64,000 nucleotides of DNA, from the NCBI GenBank assembly GCA_964016885.1, contig CAXHJY010000995.1, positions 1 through 64,000 on the forward strand. Reading direction: 5' to 3'. The translations under genes and the position numbers were made by a program. The stretch's first letter is position 1, and every line of letters starts with the position of its first letter. A model generated the notes under the pieces. That model worked only from the letters and a program-made list of their open reading frames with translations. It did no database searches and was not told the DNA's origin. Source of the stretch: Eledone cirrhosa (taxonomy: Eukaryota). Positions 58,202 to 64,000 of this stretch are shown piece after piece.

Positions 58202-59133
58202 TCTCTCTATAAAATTCTTTGTCTGTCTGTCTGTCTGTTTCCATGCATTCTGTAATGGCTGAATCAAATCAAATTTTACAAGGTTAATAGTATTAGACCC
58301 GGGGGGGGGGGGGTGTCTCAACATGTAATTTTTATTTTCATTTTGGATTAAAACAATATTAGATTTTATCTAAAATAATATTTTTATAGTCAACTATAGT
58401 AAACCATGACAACGAATCACATTTTGTATATGAGTGTGTATGTGTCTGTGTGTGTTTCTGCGTTTATGTATGTTAGGCCTCAGAGAATTACACTCACACA
58501 TCTACACATACACACACATAAACACACATAAGGTGTATGAGTGAGTGTAGCCGTCACATTTTCTGTGTGTCTGTCTTAGTATATGTGTGTAATGTATGTT
58601 AGTGTGTGAGTGTGTGTGTTGACTGACATTTTCTTTAGTCAACTATAGTAAATCACCACGACAACGTCACATTTTGTATATGAGTGTGCACACAGACAAT
58701 TAAACACATACACATCTACACTTACAGATACATATGTAATGACAGACAGGTGTGTGTGAATGTGTGTCTGTGTGTGTCTTAGTATATGTGTGTCTGTGTG
58801 ATATTTATTTTCATTTGGATTAAAACAATAGGACGGCACATTTTGTATATGAATATGTGAGTGTGTGTGTTCGTTCATTAGGTGTGTTATTAAATACATA
58901 CACACATCTACACATACATGAATTACACAATGAATATTGTTTACCCTAAGGTGCTTCAAGATTGACAGATTTTCATTTCTAAATTCTATTATCATTACAA
59001 TTTTGATATTTTTAAAATAAAATATGGATATTTTGAAATAATTATGAGAAAAAAAAACATATCTTCATATTTATTGTTTACTAATCTGAATAAGAACAGC
59101 AGTAACCAGGGCAATGCCGGGTAATTCAGCTAG
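58202..59133 (+). mobile_element. Non-autonomous Helitron
   Basis: A|TC 5' end, (GTCT)n near the 5' end, GC-rich subterminal hairpin ccagggcaatgccggg, CTAG|T 3' end, no TSD. Confidence 0.75.
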
Positions 59134-59495
59134 TTTCTATATAAAATAAAGATGTCTATAGTCTACCAATGTATGGGATACCTTTTTAACTGTGGTTAGC
59201 CCCTGATACTCATCAGAAACACCCATAATTATTTATATATATATATATGAAAAATATTGTATTTAAAAAAAAAAAAAAAACAATATAAAAACTGGAAAGA
59301 AGTAGGGGAAGTTAAAACAGCTCAAAATACATTAATTTATTGTTAGTACATAAGGCTGTTTCATACTTCCTTGAAAAGTTTTTCAAGCAACCATGTGTAC
59401 AAAATCCTATTAAGAATAATAATTATGCATGAAGCAAATTATTCATTAAAGTATTACTAAATATGGTTTTATATATATATATGACTAATATATAG

Positions 59496-59798
<303 letters not shown>

Positions 59799-60029
59799 TA
59801 AAATTAACTCTTCTCATACCAAACTAAGATCAACTCTGTTCTATGTTACAAAACGGTGGAAAGTGTTCAGTAACCAGTAATGGACTTCTAGAAACATCTC
59901 TCTCTCTCACCCCCCCCCCCCCCCTCTTCCTCACTCCTTCCTCTCTTTCTCTGCCTTTGCATCCATTCCCCCTCTCTTGTGGTAGTGGTTGTTGTAAATA
60001 ATGGTCATCAGTGTTTACAGTAATATTAT

Positions 60030-60780
60030 TAGTAGTAACAGCAACTGTAGTAGCAGCAGTAGTAGTAGTAGCTGTAGTAGTAGCTGTAGTAGTAGTAGTA
60101 GCTGTAGTAGTAGTAGTAGCTGTAGTAGTAGTAGTAGCTGTAGTAGTAGTAGTAGCTGTAGTAGTAGTAGTAGCTGTAGTAGTGGTAGTAGCAGCTGTAG
60201 TAGTGGCAGCTGTAGTAGTAGTAGTAGCTATACTAGCTGTAGTAGTGGCAGCTGTAGTAGTAGTAGCTATACTAGCTGTAGTAGTAGTAGCAGCTGTAGT
60301 AGTAGCAGCTGTAGTAGTAGTAGCTATACTAGCTGTAGTAGTAGTAGCAGCTGTAGTAGTAGTAGCTATACTAGCTGTAGTAGTAGTAGTAGCAGCTGTA
60401 GTAGTAGTAGCTATACTAGCTGTAGTAGTAGTAGCAGCTGTAGTAGTAGTAGTAGCTATACTAGCTGTAGTAGTAGCTATACTAGCTGTAGTAGTAGCTA
60501 TACTAGCTGTAGTAGTAGCTATACTAGCTGTAGTAGTAGCTATACTAGCTGTAGTAGTAGCTATACTAGCTGTAGTAGTAGCTATACTAGCTGTAGTAGT
60601 AGCTATACTAGCTGTAGTAGTAGCTATACTAGCTGTAGTAATAGCTATACTAGCTGTAGTAGCAGTAGTAGTAATAATAGCTGTAGTGGCAGCAGTAGTA
60701 GTGGTAGCAGTAGCAGCAGTAGTAGCAACTATAGTAGCTGTAGTAGCAACTATAGTAGTTGTAGCAGCAGTAGTAGCAGC
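60030..60780. repeat. (AGT/AGC)n compound repeat with a 21-bp unit agctatactagctgtagtagt
   Basis: Directly visible. Confidence 0.92.
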
Positions 60781-61203
60781 TTTGATGTGTTGGTGATAAC
60801 ATAGGTGGCATTAGTGGTAGCTATGTTTACTGCTTTTACTAGTGACTGTTGTTTAGCCCTAGGTCAGTCCTGGTTGAGTAGACTTAGGTGGATCAAACAT
60901 TTATTCCTGCCATGACCATCCACTTTAATTTTAGACATAGCATAATGTATCATCATTACCCTTTAAAGTCCATTTTTCCATGCTAGCATGGGTTAAATGA
61001 ATTGTCCTGTTGTAAGCCAGAACTGATGACTTTCTTGCTCATACAGAACTAGATGTCCTTCCTAATGCCAACCACATTTACACTGTGTAGGAGTTGTGAT
61101 GTGAGAGGTACCAAGCTGTATCGGTCTTTGCCTTTCTCTTGGACAACATTGGTGGCATGGAAAGGGGAGACTGGTATAAATGGGCAACTGGGACTTGTGC
61201 CAG

Positions 61204-61760
61204 AGTAGGGTGAGGATGAACTTCTCTGAATCGAGAGATCACAGCTCCGATACTCTGGACATGTGGTTAGAATGTCTCGGGAAAGAATCACTGGACAGGT
61301 TTGTAGCTCAGAGATCAGAGAGTCACTCCAGGTAGAGCCGCTACTTCTCTGAATCGAGAGATCACAGCTCCGATACTCTGGACATGTGGTTAGAATGTCT
61401 CGGGAAAGAATCACTGGACAGATTTGTAGCTCAGAGATCAGAGAGTCACTCCAGGTAGAGCCGCTACTTCTCTGAATCGAGAGATCACAGCTCCGATACT
61501 CTGGACATGTGGTTAGAATGTCTCAGGAAAGAATCACTGGACAGGTTTTACAGGCAAAACCAACCGACAGGAGACCCAGGGGTAGACCCCGAGCAAGATG
61601 TTTGGATAACATCCATGAGCTTGGTTGGTCTCGCTTTGGGGGTCCAGTCAGATCAGTCTGAAATGGTTGCTTCTGGCAAGACCTGCTGGAATGCGTGTTT
61701 GAGGACTCTGGCCCCACGACCCTCTCAGGCTCAGGAATATGTGGGCAAAGATGGTTTGGT
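61204..61760 (+). mobile_element. RTE-derived composite element with a 123-bp unit present ~3 times
   Basis: Unit starts at 61303 and 61426; homologous to 50580-50845. Confidence 0.8.
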
Positions 61761-61954
61761 GTGTGATCTGATGGAAATTTGTTACTATTTTTAGCAAGTT
61801 GAGCTACCACATAGGCTCCTTGTTTGTTGATGCAGCAACAACAGCTGTTGCAACGGCAGCAGCAGCTGTTGTTGCTGCAGAAATGACTGCTGTTACTGCT
61901 ACTGCTGCTGCTGCTGTGGTCTCTGTTGTAGACTTTTTCTGGCTGTATTTGTTG

Positions 61955-61995
61955 GCTTTCTCTCTCTCTCTTTCTCTATCACATCTCTCTCTCTG

Positions 61996-62038
<43 letters not shown>

Positions 62039-62149
62039 CTCACCCCTCTGTTTCCTAACTGTTGTCTTTCTATCATTTCTTTCTCTCTCTCTCTCTCTCA
62101 CATCTCTCTCTCTCTGTATGTATGTATGTATGTATATATATATATATGT

Positions 62150-62183
<34 letters not shown>

Positions 62184-62293
62184 ATACTCACCCCTCTGTT
62201 TCCTAACTGTTGTCTTTCTATCATTTCTTTCTCTCTCTCTCTCTCACATCTCTCTCTCTCTGTATGTATGTATGTATATATATATATATATGT

Positions 62294-62327
<34 letters not shown>

Positions 62328-62760
62328 ACATATACTCACCCCTCTGTTTCCTAACTGTTGTCTTTCTGTCATTTCTCTCTCTGTCTCTCTGTCTGTCTCT
62401 GTCTCTCTCTCTGTCTGTCTCTGTCTCTCTCTCTCTCTGTCTGTCTCTGTCTCTCTCTGTCTCTCTGTCTGTCTCTGTCTCTCTCTCTCTCTGTCTGTCT
62501 CTGTCTCTCTCTCTGTCTGTCTCTGTCTCTCTCTCTGTCTCTCTGTCTGTCTCTGTCTCTCTCTCTGTCTCTCTGTCTGTCTCTGTCTCTCTCTCTCTCT
62601 GTCTGTCTCTGTCTCTCTCTCTGTCTCTCTGTCTGTCTCTGTCTCTCTCTCTGTCTCTCTGTCTGTCTCTGTCTCTCTGTCTGTCTCTGTCTCTCTCTCT
62701 CTCTGTCTGTCTCTGTCTCTCTCTCTGTCTCTCTGTCTGTCTCTGTCTCTCTCTCTCTCA
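61955..62760. repeat. Three copies of a ~150-bp unit (tactcacccctctgtttcctaactgttgtctttc + microsatellites), then (CT/GTCT)n
   Basis: Core at ~62037, 62185 and 62333. Confidence 0.85.
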
Positions 62761-62904
62761 GCAGTAGTAGTAGCAACTGTAGTAGTATCCTAGAAATTTT
62801 TCCCCCCCATCAACTCTTTTTGACCACCCCACCCCACTCTCTCCTTGCCCACCCCATTCTCTTTGCACACCCACCCAACTCTCTACATGGTAGTTATCTT
62901 CATG

Positions 62905-63485
62905 TTCACTCATTCCTGTGAGGGTCATTGGGGCAGAGTCCTCAAGTACTCCTTCCAGTGGGTCCTGTCAGAAGCAGCTGTCTCCAACTGATCTGGCTGG
63001 ATATCTCTCTCACCCTCAAGGATGTTATCCGACCATCTTGCTCGGGATCTACTCCTGGGTCCCTTGCCAGTTGGTTTTGCCTGTAAAACCTGTCCAGTGA
63101 TTCTTTCCTGAGACATTCTAACCACATGTCCATAGTATCGGAACTGTGATCTCTCAATTCGGAGAAGTAGCAACTCTACCTGGAGCAACTCTCAGATCTC
63201 TGAGCTTCAAATCTGTCCAGTGATTCTTTCCTGAGACATTCTAACCACATGTCCATAGTATCGGAACTGTGATCTCTCAATTCGGAGAAGTAGCAGCTCT
63301 ACCTGGAGTGACTCTCAGATCTCTGAGCTACAAATCTGTCCAGTGATTCTTTCCTGAGACATTCTAACCACATGTCCATAGTGTCAGAGCTGTGATATCT
63401 AAATTCGGAGAAGTAGTAGCTCTACCTGGAGTGACTCTCTGATCTCCGAGCTACACACTAACCTCTCCCATCCTCACCCTACTTT
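62905..63485 (-). mobile_element. Inverted copy of the RTE-derived composite element (123-bp unit x3)
   Basis: LLLRIERSQFRYYGHVVRMSQER..GKGPRSRSRARWSD; shares the agtagggtgaggatg leader with 61204. Confidence 0.8.
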
Positions 63486-64000
63486 ACAGCCTCTATCTCT
63501 CTATCCCTGTGTTTTGAAGCAAGTTTATGTAACTGGAGATTCCTTTATCCCATTCCATCTGAATTCCAACTCCCTTGCTACAGAGAATTGGGGGGTAGCA
63601 GTTGTGCAGGTTGTTGTCCCTTACTTGGAAGAACTTGGAGGGGAATGTGATGAGTATTTGGTTTTGTCTTATTCATATTTTTTCTTCAAAAATGGGGTGG
63701 GTTTGGGGTAGGGGCGGTATTCTTGCCTACATTTCTTGAACTGAAGACGAAATGTGGAGATGTTCCAAACCATTCTACATTTTTTTACTTTATCTACCAC
63801 CACCCTAGCCCCACACCCAACTTTATCTATCACCTCCCTAGCCCCACACCTAACTCCACCCTCACCTAACCACCCACCTACAGTTTTTTCATTATAGAAT
63901 CATTTCTCTTTGTTTTCGTTGTTGTGGCTGTTGGGTTTTAATGTTGGTGGTGTTACTGGGCCTGTTGGTGGTGGTGTTGTTGGTAGTGGTGGTGGTGGTG

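Noticed and set aside
60001-60804. Ser-rich and Val/Ala-rich ORFs
   Set aside because: (AGT/AGC)n trinucleotide repeat.

Overview
Repeat-saturated animal genomic DNA, most likely from a coleoid cephalopod (octopus-like). That assignment is inferred from the SINE/LINE families and very high (TA)n/(CA)n content. The only host gene I can support is the 5' part of a + strand SERCA (ATP2A-type Ca2+-ATPase): an 18-nt micro-exon (29561-29578), an 83-nt exon (40337-40419) and a 105-nt exon (59655-59759). They splice in frame to [70 protein letters not shown] found neither the ATG exon nor the next downstream exon, so the rest is probably intronic. Almost all ORFs in the supplied track are microsatellite artefacts. 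The introns hold two tRNA-derived SINE families; RTE, CR1, R4/Dong and CRE LINE fragments; hAT, Tigger and piggyBac-type MITEs; a Helitron; many minisatellites; and a 6.4-kb alternating purine-pyrimidine tract abutting exon 3. The most unusual signal is a set of about 15 short ORF-less tail and/or fold-back insertions, mostly in (TA)n tracts. They share a tail motif, several carry hammerhead-ribozyme-like folds with an atypical U.U closure of stem II, and one fold-back retains Penelope-like RT/zinc-motif coding sequence. All of this was read by eye; no alignments or folding programs were run.
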